Below, piece by piece: positions 18,305 to 33,149 of a stretch of 64,000 nt of DNA. Both the position numbers and the translations under genes were made by a program. How positions within the stretch are numbered: the first letter of the stretch is position 1; each line of letters opens with the position of its first letter. The notes under the pieces are model-generated. The model saw only the letters and a program-made list of their open reading frames with translations. It did not search any database and was not told where the DNA came from. Source of the stretch: Trichinella spiralis (Eukaryota); contig NW_003526941.1 in assembly GCF_000181795.1 (NCBI RefSeq), positions 5,064,035-5,128,034 on the forward strand. Reading direction: 5' to 3'.

Positions 18305-21300
18305 ATGGCTGACAAAACGGATGTTGTGCCGAACAGCGCATCCGCGATGCCAGTGCGATCGCGTGACCAATGTGATGGTTATTGCGATGATGAGCATGAA
18401 AACAACAACACCAGCAACAACTACAGGGAATTCATGGGTGCAGATTCGTCGCCATACGTTGATGTTGGTCTTCAATCTTTGCTTTTACATCCTCCATTGG
18501 ATGCGGATAAAATTCCCTATTCTTCACCAGTTTCAGTTTTGAGTCACCCTGTTATCTCGATGGAGATGGACGAGAGATCAAGGGAAGACTTGAATTTGTT
18601 GAATAGTTCTTATGATTCTATTATCGATTCTTTTGTCGAAAAAGATAACTTCAATTTTCCCGCTGAAAATGGCCACCGTAATGAATCGCCAGTACTAGAC
18701 AGCCTGATTGAAGATTATGAGAATTTTGACGTGAATGTTTTTACAAAAATGTTAGAAAGTGTTGACAGCGATTCACCTTCTAACGGAACTCCTACTCGTC
18801 TTGAGAACATGTGTGATTTAAGATTGAAGGTGGATGATGAAAGTGACAACTCTTTTTCAGTGGATGATGTAGCAAATCGAGAAGAACGCGAAGATCAAGA
18901 AGTTGTTGCCAATTTTGACTCTTTTTCGGCAGATGATGCACCTAATCAAGGAGACCAAAAAAATCAAGAACTTATTGCCAATCTTGACACTTTTGCAGTG
19001 GATGATGTAGCTAATGAAGAGAAACACGAAGATCAAGATGATATTGCCAATCTTGACACTTTTGCAGTGGATGATATAGCTAATGAAGAAAAGCACAAAG
19101 ATCAAGTTGTTGTTGTTGCCAATCTTGAGACGGAAAAGAGCCCCAGTTCTTCTTTACCTGCCAGCACTGTTTTGGAGAATGCTGAAAGTCAAAGTGAAGT
19201 CAATGCAAATGAAAAAAAGTGTGGTTTTTCATTCGACAATCCTCCACATCTTATTAATGAACGGAAAGATAGATCATTTTTGGCGTCCTGTTGTCGTTTA
19301 GAATGGACGAAATTTTTTCAAAGTATGATAATTTTAGTTGATAAAATTGTCAACATTGACCATATTTATTTATCTTGTTATATATATCATATATCTTTTT
19401 GAATTTTTTTGAACATTGAATTATTGTTTTTAATTTGTAGATTTAGTTGATTTGCATTTGAAGTTCATATTTTTTAATATTTCGAACCAGAATTGGCAAA
19501 TGACTTGTGTAGTAAGTGTATAATGATGCGATTATTTTTCTAGAAAATGGAGAATTCGTTAAAAATTTGCTTAGCCGTTCAAAGGGAAGCACCACCACCA
19601 CCACCACTACATCGAAAGTTGAGGATAAAATGCAGAAATCGCAAACGAATTATGCTGAAAATGCGCAAAATTATTCCGAGTAAGTTTTTGTACATATGTG
19701 TCTATATGCACGAGTCTCATACAGTTTGATAATAGCGTGTAATTTAGGTGTCTAGTTTGATAAAAATGCATCATTCTTTTAAATTTATTTTTATTATTGG
19801 TAGTTTTTTTTCTTAAAAATATTGCCAGTGGTGTTCATATTAGTTTTTAAAACATTTTATGTATTAAGTTAAAAGTGTAAAATTTTTTTTGAAAAAAAAG
19901 AAATCAGATTATTTTTTAAACCATTTCCGACCATTTAGAGACGAATGCAATAAGATGAATTCTGAATCTTGTTGCGCAAAAAACAACAATGGAATTTCAG
20001 TTGGCGGTGTTTCGTTGGTTGCAGGCCAGAGAGCTGTTTGCAGATTGTGCGAAAAAGAAGTTGCGATGTCTCGCACAATTGGCTGCTTGGAATGCAAGCA
20101 GCGGATCCACCGTCCCGGCGGCAATTATCCGTGCACTGATCAAGTCATCGTTCGAGTGGACAAGAAATATGTTTGCCCGTTGTGCGGTGTAGTGAATAAA
20201 TTGCCCAAATCGGCTCGCATACCGTGTTCCAAGTTGCAAAATGATGTTGAGAAGAAGTCGGCCGTTGTCAAATCGATTTGCATTTGGTGTCGCAAAACGT
20301 TTGATCATGTGGGCGTCGAAAAGTTGTTGTATTGCAGCCACGTGTGCATTGATAGCGTTGTGAATGCTGTGGGTATTGCTCTGGAATGGAAGCAAAAGGA
20401 GCGGGTAATTTTGGCCAATGCGACGGGCGAAAAACCGCTTGCACCGAAGTTGAAAAACTTATCTGAAGTGCTGAGAAAAGAGCGCAGCTACTGGCCTGTA
20501 TTGGACGGTTCTGATGTGGGTATGATTGAGTCTTTGCTGGTTCGCCTCCCCGACACGATTGAAGCACTGGTCAGCGGTCTTAATGAAGCTTCCAAACGGG
20601 TTCTGTACCGTAACAAGGATATGACTTTGCCTGCGCAAACGTTGCCAAATGATGAACTACAAGAACTTGCTGGATCTGCTGATCAAATGACGAATAAAGC
20701 AGAATACAAAGAACATGCGGGCAGAAAGCACAAATGTGCTTATGATGATGATGAGGATATGGGCATTTGTGCAGAGAAGAGGCTCAAGATGCAGAACAAT
20801 GACCAACTGAACGAAAAGAATGTCACTTTTGAAGAAATGGAAATGCAAGGCGAGCAGAAGTCACATTCTGCCAGCGCGAAGCAGGAAAATCTAGCTGTGG
20901 AGAGACTGTGTGACGTTGGCACCGATGGCAAGGAATCCCAGAATGCTAACTCTATGGAGTTGACGAGAAAGACACGCGTCGCAGTTCGAAAATTTCTGAG
21001 AGACATGCTCGCTAAACAGTAAGCAAATATCGTTTTATTTTAATTTTGACGTTAATCTTTTATACAGGCGGTTGTGTGCATAGCATTTTCCGCTTGCTTA
21101 GCGTTTGCGAGAAGGAGGAAGCATTGTGTGAGAGGGTTTCTTCTTCGCGAGGCATATCAGTATTTTTGAAATTATTTGAAATTTTTAAGATCCTCTTTTT
21201 ATGCCTAGTCGTGGTCGAGTTAATTAATTGCTCAGAATAAATTTTCGAATTGTATTTATTTTTTCATTCATTCTGATTCATTCATTCACACAACAACTAA

Positions 21301-23574
21301 TTATTCACGATGTGTTGGCATTTGGTACTGTCATTCAGCATGATGAATGAATTTTGAAGTTGTAATTTTTTTTTCCTGAATTCCTCGATTCCTCGTCAGA
21401 AATTTCAGATTAGAAAGGATGTTTTTAAATTGTTTATTTTGTGTTTTTAAACAGCAAGAGTGATTTGAGGAAGAAAAATTGGGTAACTGTAGAAATAAGT
21501 TGAAGTTATTGTTTTAGGGCCGACAGTTTGTTCATCAGTATGGATTATGAGACGATCAAACAGATCAGCTTGACAATAGATAATGAAGTTTACGATCGCT
21601 CAGAGCTATGCTTCGAGAAGTACAGGAGTCACATGCGGGCATTGTCGCGTGTTGCGAATGCGCAGCATTCGCGATTGTGGCAGATGTTGTTCAGTGGTGA
21701 TTTGTCGGTATCTCAATTAATTCAATATTCACTGGAAGAATTCGAAAAACGTGGATGTTTGAAGCAACGTACAGCAGCAGCGGTCCCCTTGAACAGAGAT
21801 GGCCGAAGCAGTGCTGTAATGAACGAATTTATTTGTTGAAGAAAATTTTGCTCATTTTTTAAAAAATGTTTCATCTTAGGCACAAGTAACAGATGCTGTT
21901 GAAGAACATGGGCAAAATAATAATTTTACACCGCAGATTGTCACTTCAGAACAGCAGCAGGTGAATGCTGAGAAATTATCTGTGTATATTTTCAGTTTTT
22001 GCTGTTCATTTGCAAATATTTTAGGAAGCAGTGCTGGAATTTACAGGTTCACAAACAAACGTCAGTGAGAAAGTATGCCCATTGAACAATGCTAAAACTA
22101 GAATTTCTGTTTCATCGAGCAAAATGATTATCGAAGAATTATGGAAAGGTACTTTGATGCTGAATGACCTGACTTTGGTTGCATCGATGCTTCCAGTATC
22201 CGGTCCAACGCACTTGGTGCGCAACGAGATTGCACCGCAGTTAAAATTGATTGGTCAAACGGCAAAAGAAAACATTTTGAATTATCTTCGGGAAATTCGT
22301 GATTTCAAGGGAACAGATCTCATTTTAGTTCGTTTCGCTGAGCCTGTTCTACTGAATCACAGGAAATGTTATCACGATTTGTGCTGCACCATGTCGCGGA
22401 AGAATATTTTTTACGTTGTAGATAAAAACAGTATGCCATGGTTTAAAGATTTTTACGTTATGGATTTGGCTGCGAAGGAACCTGTCAACGATGTATTGTT
22501 GCCTTTTGACGGACCAGGTGAAATGCGCATTATTTTGGTTTTTGTATTTCAGAATACACTTGCGTTTTTTATTTTATACTTCAGGCGTACCAGATACTGG
22601 ACGTGATATGTTGTTGGGTGCAATAGTGAGAATTAAGGAAAACTATCCACCATTGTCGTCTTCGTCGGCTTTGTCGTTGCCTGTACAACCTTCGGCTGGG
22701 TTTGGTTATGATCAAAGCCATGAGGATGATATTACTGAAAAGTTGCATCCAACAATTGGAAATGTTCAGGCCGAAAATGTGGCGTTAACACCGTTGATGA
22801 CAAACGGTGCCGACATGGCTAGGTTTCCGGCTCCGGTTGTCAATAACAGCGGTAATGTTGGTGGCGGTGGGATGCTGAACTCGCTTTTGCCTCTGATTGC
22901 CGCTCAAGATCCTGCTACGGCTAGTCAAGTGCAGCAAATATTGTCTTGTTCCCCGGATCCGGCTGCGATGGAAAATACTCTGCTGAGCTTAGCTTCTTAC
23001 CTTTCTCAAGCGCAGCAGATGGGATCTGGTGCTGCTGCGTCGGTGATAATGCAACCAGTAAGAGCTCATCTTTCAACTCATCCGCCGCCGCCTCCTCCTC
23101 CCCCTCCTCCTCCTGCTCCTCCACAGACTGTGCTTTCTGGAGTGCAGCACCCGTACACTGTACCACCAGCAGGTATGATTTCATCGGTACCTCCGCCGCC
23201 TCCGCCTGTTTGCGCTGCACAGTTGCCTCGGGTGACCATTCCTCCACCATGTCTTCCGGTTCCAACCGCTTTGCCGTTCACCATGCTACCCCCACCAATG
23301 GGACCAGTGCCACCGCAGCAGTCGCTGCCACCACCTCAGTCATCGGTAGATGTTTCTTTTTCTTTTTCTTTTTCGTATTTACAGTTTTTTTCTGTAGATT
23401 CCATCAATGGCAATCCGTCCACCGCCGCCAGCATCGCATTTGCTTCCTGGCCGTTTTTTTCATGGCAGACATGGTTATGTTCAGGGAATGTCAGCTGTTC
23501 GACTTTCAAATAACGTAAATTTGAACAATGCCAGTGGAAACAATAGCAGAAAGGAAAAAAATGAAAGTGTTTGA
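18305..23574 (+). CDS. PHD finger / TFIIS-central / SPOC domain protein (DIDO1/PHF3/PPS-like)
   Basis: PHD CRLC..IGCLEC...IH..C..YVCPLC, TFIIS-M-like helices (KYRSHMRAL..LFSGDLSVSQL), SPOC (LWKGTL..PVSG..DFYV..LLPFDGPG..MLLGAIVR), Pro-rich tail. Checked junctions splice in phase; last exon 23398-23574. Confidence 0.88.
18850..19130 (+). repeat. Coding tandem repeat, 4 x 69 bp (23 aa)
   Basis: GATGAT anchors at 18863, 18932, 19001, 19070; peptide unit about FAVDDVANEEKHEDQEVIANLDT. Confidence 0.92.
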
Positions 23575-26500
23575 AAAAGCAGTACAATTTGAGAATATTT
23601 TGCTTTTCATTTGCATTTTATGCATGTTTTTCAGTTAGAATTTTTATTGCATCCTTCGTATTTTCACATTGGTATATTTATTGTTTCTCTACTTTAGATG
23701 TTTTATTACATCGTTTGGAAATTCTTCTTCTTCCTTACTTGGAACTATTTTTCATTGTCTTGCATTTCCATTTTCTGGGCAAATAAAGTGATATGCATAT
23801 GCGCGAGGATGTCATTCGGTTTATTTTGGTTTCTTATTATAAAGTTGCAGCAGAAGCAGATGATATTTTTATGCGCATCAAACAAAAAATTTCAAATTAT
23901 GAGTAACTGTAGTTTTGCATTTTTTTGCTTTCCTTTGCAGCGACACTGATTTGAAAACAAGCCTGCCAGTATTACGTTGGCTATTTGAATTTCATTCACT
24001 GTTGCTAACAACAACAATTATGAACTTAATTTGCTAATTTTAATGATAATAATAGTATTATTATCTATGCTAAATCGTGTCATTAAATTAATATCAAACA
24101 AGTCAATTTTGCTAAATGTACTTTGACAATTCAAGCCGTAATTGCTACCAGTAGAATAAATTTTATGCTAAAAGATATGTAACATTAAAATTAGCATAAT
24201 GTGACGCCGGCAGGTGCTGATTGGTTTCTGGGGGAAAATAATTGCTGACTTTGTTCATTTTCTGCTTGTTATTCTACAATTTCGATTTGCGTTACATCTG
24301 ATATGCTTGGAGAAGATCCGTACCATTGTAATTACTGTAACATTACTGGACACGAAGGAGTAATTTACATTTAATCTGCAAATTATTCGGAGGTTTGCAG
24401 ATATTGAGCTGTTGGAGTAATAATCTATTGTACATGAAAATGTAGTAAGATACTATTTTATTTAGGAATAGCTGCTTTTTGCGTTTGAGTGTTTCATGTC
24501 CACTATTCTATTGTCGTTGGCATTACCATTCATTTGTGAAAAAAAGGTGATTTAATATCAATCATCACAGTTGGAAAAAAATTATTTCTTAGTTGTGGCT
24601 TTTAGCATGAAAAGGTAAAATTTTAGCCTTGAAATAAATACATAATGAAATAGCGCTACCCAGCTAGTGAGTGAGCCATGCATGAAAAGTGATCCCCGGC
24701 TTCATACGCTCAGTTGCAGTCTCATGAGAGATGCTAGAAACAAACGTCAACAGATTGCTTCAACAATCATTGGCTCCTCGTTAATATTGTCATTGATGAT
24801 GTTCAGTAGTTCTTCTTCTATGCAGGAGTAGATATAAACATGCATAAAAAACTTACATGCATACATTGTATGTGTAACATAACAAAACATAACATGTACG
24901 CATAATACATTAAATACATGAAAACGCTTTGATTGTGAACAATTTCAAGAAATGTGTGATAACAGAATGAATTTAGAATTTAAAACGTCTTTTAATTCTA
25001 GCATTCTTGATGAAGACAGTACCACTATATTACAAACTGGAAAACAAAGATAATTTTTTATTCACAACAATGTTTTCCATTACATCTAGATTTGTGATGG
25101 ATATTTCAGATTAGCACAAGTAAATTCGTACTAACTACTAATCATCAGTTTCCCAATTAACTATTCCTTTCTCTATTTATTTTATAGTTCAGTATGTAAC
25201 TTCACCTATTCTCAACGAGCAATCAAGCGTGGAAATCGAAAAACAAAGAATGTATAACTAACCATACATTTAAAAAGTTAAAACAACACAAGGCAGTTTC
25301 AAAATTTAGGAGAATTAAAAATCATTATGACGAACGCATGTTGATCAAAGATACAAAATCAGAAACTTTCCTATCAAATTTTCAAACGGAGCAAAGGCTC
25401 CAAGAGAGCTATAGCTGCAAAGCAAACAAACAAACGGCAAGCAAAGGGCTAAAAATTTGCATGTTAACGAGACGACGCCTAATAATAATGCTATAATTAG
25501 ACATATCAGAAAACTTCGTTCAAATTGCTTTGTTCTATCAATTCAATGGTATATCTCGTAGTCGAGAAGAACAAAATAATTACTGTTGTAAAGTTCGAAC
25601 TCATATAATTCTTTTCGTGGCGTTTTAGATTAAAAGTCGAGAAAATAGTTGTTTGCTCAACGTGCGGAATAGCAGCCACAGTAGGACTTGTTTACCAGAA
25701 AATGTATGCAAATTTTTATTCCACTGCTATGCGTACGTTTACGTGGCTTTAATGTCGATGATTGCTGGCCTACGGTCTGCGATGAAAATCATGGAATATT
25801 ATTGAAAACTGCTTTGCGTTTCGTTTATTATTTATTATTTCTTCAAATTCAGTCATCTACATTTGTACGAACGTGAATACAAGAATTACGTGAAGGCATC
25901 GAAGGCATTCGTTTAAGTAAGTTGCATTTAGTTTACTCCTTCTGTAGTTTATTCTTAGCATGGTTCAGAATATACATTGAATGTTTAATAGATATCAGAG
26001 CAAAATGACGGAATCCTTTTAAGTTGTGAAATTTTGCGGCTAACATAACGAAATACTTTTAAATATTTCGTAGATATAGCTGCTTACGATAAATGAGGTA
26101 TATCTTTGTTAAATGCTTTAATATTTCACAATAAAGAGCATATTAGCTTCAATTATTATTAGTACTGAGCTAAGGGTGAAAAAATTTTCAACTTGTGAAG
26201 CTATACATGTTTTCCCATTTGTGGCGCATAAGTGAAGTTATATAACACCACACTAAGGTTATTTTTCATTTATTCAAATCAGCTGTCCTCTAAACGCTAG
26301 TGTTATCACAGTAGCAGAGTGCTTTGTTTCCTTTGCTGACGTGCTATGTAATAGCAGCATTCGGTTGCGATCAATCAGTGAGTATCATTTCAAGGAACTG
26401 CAGAGTAACGATGTGCGATGACTGAAAAAAGATTAGGAATCAGTGGAAAGCAGGATGAGCATCTATGAAGCAGATAAACTTTTCGTTTTCTTTTAATTCA

Positions 26501-28758
26501 ATTATATGTAAATAATTCATCATGATTTAGAATTACAGTAGAAGAACGTGATGAAATTCAACGATGAGAAGGCTCATATTGAGGGAAGTCGCATTATTTT
26601 TCAATTGATCGCGTTAACTTCATATTATAAACAAAAAATGGGTGTTGAATCTATAATGGTTCTATTTTGTGAACTTTCTGTGTAATTGAAAAGCAATATG
26701 TTAGGATAATTTTAAAATTACATTCTCCAAAATATTATTTATACCTTCCAATGCGTATTAACGTGAGCGTTAGATTTAATGTTTGAAATTTTAAGAGATT
26801 CGAAGTAGAATGTAGACGCGGTCGATAGGAAACAGAACGGAAAGTAGAAGGTATGTCAAGTTTCCCGTGGTTCTTAATTCCGTTGGTCTGGTGTGGGGAT
26901 ACTTCGAAAGGATGAAGTTATCCGGTAGTTTAATTACGATAGGGACAAATTTGTATGGTTGAGATTTGAAATAATGCAGTATTTTGGCTTTGACGCAGCA
27001 AAATCGTTGTATGCAATTGTTTTCATGAGTCGGAATATTTTGAGATTTTTTTCATTTGTAAACATTTATTTATTTTCATTTATCGCATAGCTTAATTTCA
27101 AGACACACATCTTTTTATTGTTTTCATTAATTAAATTATTTTCATTCTACCTTTTTGAAAAATGATTTTTCCTTTTATTGAAAACTCTTATTATGTGTTC
27201 CTTTTTGATTTTCTTTCCAAAATTCCCAGCTATTACTCTTTTGGTTCACTTTTATTTTGACGATAATTTGAAATAAAGCGACTCATAATCCAATGCATAC
27301 AAATTTGTAAACACGTAACGAACCGTAATAGGTTGTGCATGGAGAAGATATGCCAAATGGAAAGGCTACAATCAATGGACGAGATGGATGTTAGCATTGA
27401 TCGGTTGTGGTGACTGAACATTGGAATAGTTTTAATTTTCCGTCAATTATGTGACATTTATTTTTTCTTTGTTAAATATTTTTGATATTTGTTGAACATA
27501 TTGCTCATTGCTTTTTCAATGTAATTCAATATTTATCGTCACATTATACCTTTTTTCATATTTTATCAATCAACATGCTTTATTTTCTTTTAATTTTCTT
27601 TGATTTTTCAAAGCTGTTCACACTTTGATTTCATTCTTTTGCTCATTTTTTTGATTTTTATTTAAAATTGTTTGCATTATTTTCCTGCAGTTTCTCATGT
27701 CGACATCAAGATTCTTCATTACAAAAACGTAATTAATATGTTTTGTTACGACTCTTACAGAGGTAAGAAGCCAGCTTGCCTGCCTTCCTGAATTTCAGTG
27801 GATATTTCGCTTCAGAGCGGATCATACACTCTGAACCGCCAAATTCGTATCCCAAACCAGATCGCGTAAATGCTTCATGGCAGAAAGTGGCCTTTGACTC
27901 TTGGAGTGGTTGGTGACTGTGCTCTCGTTGAATCGTAAATAACAATATTGCTGTCATACATTACACTCAATATTGCTATATATTTGATGAACGATCTTAA
28001 GATTGCATACTTTTTGTATTATTACAATTGATGCTTATAATTTGCTGCCGTTTGCGTGCATGTTATTTCCACTTATTTTTCAAATAACGTTAGCATATAT
28101 GTCAATAAGAAAAGACTTGTAGTGAATCTGTTATTTCAAATTGCGCAATTTTACCATATTTGCATTTAGAATAAATTACGGCTGATTTTGTTCTTGCACT
28201 ACTTTGTCATCATTTGATGATTTTATATTTTCTGTAAAACGTGAGGAAAAACGCATTAATTAATTTAATTTTTGCAGGGCTGACATTTAATTCAGTTAGT
28301 ATCCCATTAATAAATTTGATTTTCCAATTCCACGACAATACACATTCCCTACCCACCGTACTAAACCGTAACACCATTAAATGTGAAGCCAGGTAAGCGT
28401 ATGCACATCACTCGAACATGAATTTTTATGCATTTTTTTGTAAACAAGTCTTTCTGTGCCTGCATTTCTTTTTGTTATGCAAACAAAAATTTTCACGACT
28501 GTTAATCTAAAATCACACTGAAGGCAATGTACTTGATACAATTTTACAATAATATCAATTACGTTATTCCTCATTACTAGATATTATAAATTTTTTTGAA
28601 AAATAAGAATATCCAATGAAGCTTTTTTTATAGATTAGAAGCCGACGCTGATGGCGAGCTATAGTTGCTAAGCAAACAAACGGGTAAGACAATGCACGCC
28701 ATGAAAATTTGCATTGCCTAGCGAGACGCCACCTAACAGGTGATGAAANNNNNNNNNN

Positions 28759-31700
28759 ATGATGCTTGAATTTGTTCTCCGATTTTTATATGTAAGCTCC
28801 ACTTTCCAGTGACCCAAATTTTGCCCATTGTGGGTCGATTTAATCAAGTTGCGCAAGCGTGCTGCCAGGTCAGTATCGTTTATCAAACGCCAATGGGTCA
28901 ACGTTGTGTTAAATTTTCCCAACCACACTAGGCAACCAACTTCTCTGTCCCTGGTGGGTAAGATTGCTGGCACATGAATCAAATTAACGCTGAACTCGAT
29001 GCTAACTGGGCTGCTGTTTTTCAGAACTAAATTGCCGCCCAACCGTGCCCTGTCACTTCCCACAAGTCCATACACGCATACATGCGCATACATGAAATGC
29101 ATGCATGCATTTTTTTTGAAATATATACATTTACTTAAATATGATAATTTTTCATTTATTATTTTGACATTTTTATTTACACAAATATACAGTATTTTTC
29201 TATTCATTCACTATATTGTTACAAGAATAATTATTTTACAACAAGTATGAAATTTATTTTAATGCAAGAAGAATATTAGTTGTTGTCACTAGTTGTGGAA
29301 TTCAAAAAATGTCCACAAATGTCCCTATACCGTAAATGTTGAGATTTCATGAAAAATTGCATCTGTGTTACACCTGTAACATTAATGACACTTGTTTTTT
29401 AATTTGAATTTGAAAATATTTGCGTTTCATTCCCATTTGTGCAGTTGCAATTTTATGCATACATATATGTTTATCTATATACTCTGCTGTATATGTATTT
29501 ATGTGTGTATAATTTGAAAAATAAATTTTTATAACAAAATATTTTCTAAATTTGCACATTGATTCCAACAGTACAATTTCATGATGTATATATGTTTATT
29601 TTTCAACCTTTGTTCACTAACCGTATTTGCAATTCGATTTGATGAAATTGCATTTTATTTCATAATCTATTAGTTGAATGATGAAAATAATTCTAATGAA
29701 TCAGTGTGATTTCATCCAAATAAATTCATTTAAAATCGTCGGTACAGTAAATTAAAAAACACCTCAGCACTGATATGAAAAAACCTGCTTTTCATTAATG
29801 AATTGTAATGGAAATTTTTGAAATGTTTGTCTGCACGAGCCGATGAGATTCAGTGGCGCTTTAAAATAGTTCATATGAATGTTGTCAGTTGCAATTTATC
29901 AATAACTCAAAATTATTTCTTAATTTTTAAACAAATTCTTGTTCTGCCACATATAATGTCGAAAAACAAGAGCAGAAAACAAAAATCTTTTGTAAAAAGC
30001 GACATTCCATTTTCCCTTCGTGGAACTTGAAAAATTATGCCAAAATGACAAAAATAAGTTTCTTTTTCCAGATCACGACCTAAAAGTTGGTTTTTTTTCT
30101 AACCTTTACTTATGCTGTGGTCAGCATGTGGACATTTCCTCTTAATGAAAAAAGAGCAATTCCTCATTTGCTGCTGTTAGCCTCTTTTTTACTCGGGCCA
30201 GGGACATTGAATTTCCAAAATGGATCTCATTTCAAATCCTCATCGCTTTGACAAAGCAAACAAAAAAACACCATTTTAAAGTTTTAAACTGCTTTTCTCA
30301 CGGTCTCTCTCTCTATCGCTGTTTTCAGCCGACCTTGGTCTCTGCGTCTCTTTTGTTCAGCATCAATGCGGCACTGTTCAAAAATAATAGCAAATGAAAT
30401 AAATTGGCAATAATTCTACTAAATATATAAATTCAATAAGAATCAATCTATTACGTAATAATATCTGTGCTCGCATTGTTATTTCTTTTTGTAATAAACA
30501 GTAATCTGAATGCTTTGAGAAATGTAGACGTAGGCAAAGAAGGGAAATTTCCATTGAAAAAAGTATTTATTTTTGAAATTATGCAATATATTTTGAATAT
30601 ATTTTCTTAACCATTTTTCTTAAATTTGTTCGCGATTTTTTTTGTTGAAACAATTTTTCCTCTTTTCATGCTGTTATTAACGCACTATTTAGTATATTTG
30701 GAATAGCAAGAGAAAATGAATTTTGCATTGAAATTCAAATTACTCACTGATAGGTTTTTGCTTCGTTTTTTCTTTTCAAATATGATGCAAGCGCTTGCTT
30801 TTCAATATTGCCCTTAATGTTTAATTGTAAAACTTGCATGTTAACATTTGCTGCCAGAACGAACACGAATTATATCTATTATGCAATGAAATATCAGTAG
30901 CTAAAGTTTTAAATTTTAAAGTTCTTCTTCCCATTTTACAATTCGTTGTGATTTGATCCAGTGTGTACTTTTTTTCATTTACAAAAGCGGTGTAATGCAT
31001 ATTCTGTGCAAATAAACGATTGATTAGCAGTTCAAGTTGGCGGTGAAAATAATTTTTTTTTTACAATAAATTTCCTTGAAGAAATTAACGATAAAAAAGT
31101 TTTTTTTTCGCTTATTTTAATTATGACGCATTCCTTTAAGAAATTACTGTAATTTTACTGTAATTAGTGCAATAAAAGGAGGATTATTGATGATTGTTGT
31201 TCGACCATTGTTGAAATATCTTAAAATCAAAGGTAAAGAACAAGTCCATTTTTCAAACAATGCGCCCTCGCAGGCTTAAATGTCATTGTAGTAGAAAAAA
31301 TAATTTTCTGGGTAATTAAAAACACGTAGAATATAGAGCAGGTCGTGCAGATGGTATCTTTCACAAATGCAAGCGAAGATTTTCATAAAAACTAATTTAT
31401 AACGGCAGAAGGATGATGTTATGTTGGATAATTAAATTTTAAATTTGATTTCTTTTCAAATTTAACCGTGTTGCAAATTTAATTAATACGTCTGCGCTTG
31501 AACGTATGTTTTGCATTGAAATGCCGCATTTTCTATAATTCATTCGACAAAGGTATAAATTGTGTTAAAAGTTTGCTAAAGTTGAACATTACCGTACAAT
31601 TCATGTAATGATTTCAAATAATGATAATATACTGCTGTGGACTTTGAAGTTTTCATGTATATTCCATTTTCAATGTTCAGTGTAGAAATTTTCACCATTT

Positions 31701-33139
31701 GTGAAAGTGTTACAGAGTTTACAAAAAAGCTGAATGCTTCTTTTTTTTTCCTGAAACAGTTAATTGTGACAACTAAGCAACACCGTCAAGTCGACTTCAT
31801 CTTGCAATGTCAACTGTTGTTTGCATTGCGTAACGTAATCCCGATATATTATTTTATGATGAATAATTTTTAAGCTCAAAAAAAACAAATATTCCTGAAA
31901 ATTTCTTTTATTGCTCTTAAATGTTGAATTTTTCACTTCCTACACCACACCAGTTCACTTCATAAGCTGTAAGTGAGTGAGTATTTGTAAAAATAAAAAG
32001 GATCCATTATTCTTCTCATGACAAAAATAGACAGCAGCTTTGTGTATTGATAAACAAATCATTACTGCCCATGGTTTATGGAACAAACCATGGATAATAG
32101 TGAAACATTCTTCAAAATCTATACAAAAGTAACAAACATGTTCCAATGAAAGAAAAAAAAGGAAGGAATTAAAATATGATAACTGCAACGTCAGTCATCT
32201 TTCGCATTTGTGAAAAGGAAAGGCAAAAAAAATTGCTTATGTGTCTGCCACTTGTGTGAGCTTTTCAGTGATGAGAAAGGGCAATGAAAAATCAATTTTC
32301 ATAAACGTTTCCTGAAAAGGCGCAATAAAAGAAAAAAAAATTTGTATTTTCCTGTGCATTTAAATAACAATTTCAAAAAAGGATAAGAAAAATAATGAAA
32401 AAGATTGGTCGGAAAGCAACGCAACGTGCATCGGGTTTGAAAAGCAGGTGCACATGAATAAATAAAATTCATTGAGCACTGAAAGCTGCGCCTAATATCA
32501 TTAATTGCAACGTCAAATCATCAATATGCATTATAGTCATTCATCTGTAACTTAAATAATACTTATTTTGTGTCTGAGTATGGAGAAATACGTCAAGGCA
32601 ACAGAAAAAAAAAGAACATTATAGCTGCGTGGGTTTTAAAAACAATAAAAGAGGTAGGCGGCAGCCGTTGAATCACCAATGAATTAATACTATTATTATT
32701 ATTATTGTTATTACTTATAGCTGCAATTGTTAAGCTGCTAGAAATAACTATGCCATCAATTTTCATTGTCACTCATATCGACGACCACTACTGCTTCTAG
32801 TGTTGTGTGTTTGTTCGTTGTAATTTTTGTTCTTTCCATAATTCTGATGCTTGTTCAAATCTGCATCCGCTTTCCGAGAGACAACACCGTCGTAGTTGGC
32901 TACAGCAACAGTAGCTTTGATGCGATTTGTTTTCTTGCTTGTGGTCGGCAAATCATCTTTACGACAATAATCCGCTTCTTGTTGTCGGCTATTTTTCAAT
33001 TCACAATATTCACTGTAAGATACGGTCAACTTTTTCCGATCTAAACCGTACTAAATAAACGCTCTGACGATTTCCGGAGAGATGTGCCCCTTTGAACCCA
33101 CCTTTACGACCAGCGAGCCCCATAGTCTGTACCTGATTC
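28759..33139 (+). repeat. Near-identical copy of about 326-4710 (gap-bounded contig, includes the last AMMECR1 exon with error-rich end)
   Basis: Direct comparison shows only scattered SNPs and small indels; mismatches cluster at both contig ends. Confidence 0.97.
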
Positions 33140-33149
33140 NNNNNNNNNN

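Noticed and set aside
18850..19130. Periodic repeat as a CRISPR-like array
   Set aside because: It is an in-frame coding repeat without unique spacers in a eukaryotic gene
24290..24830. Run of splice-like signals suggesting a small gene
   Set aside because: No phase-consistent open frame could be built
26836..26925. Two adjacent hairpins as a possible H/ACA RNA
   Set aside because: An H-box-like hinge exists on the minus strand but there is no properly placed ACA tail
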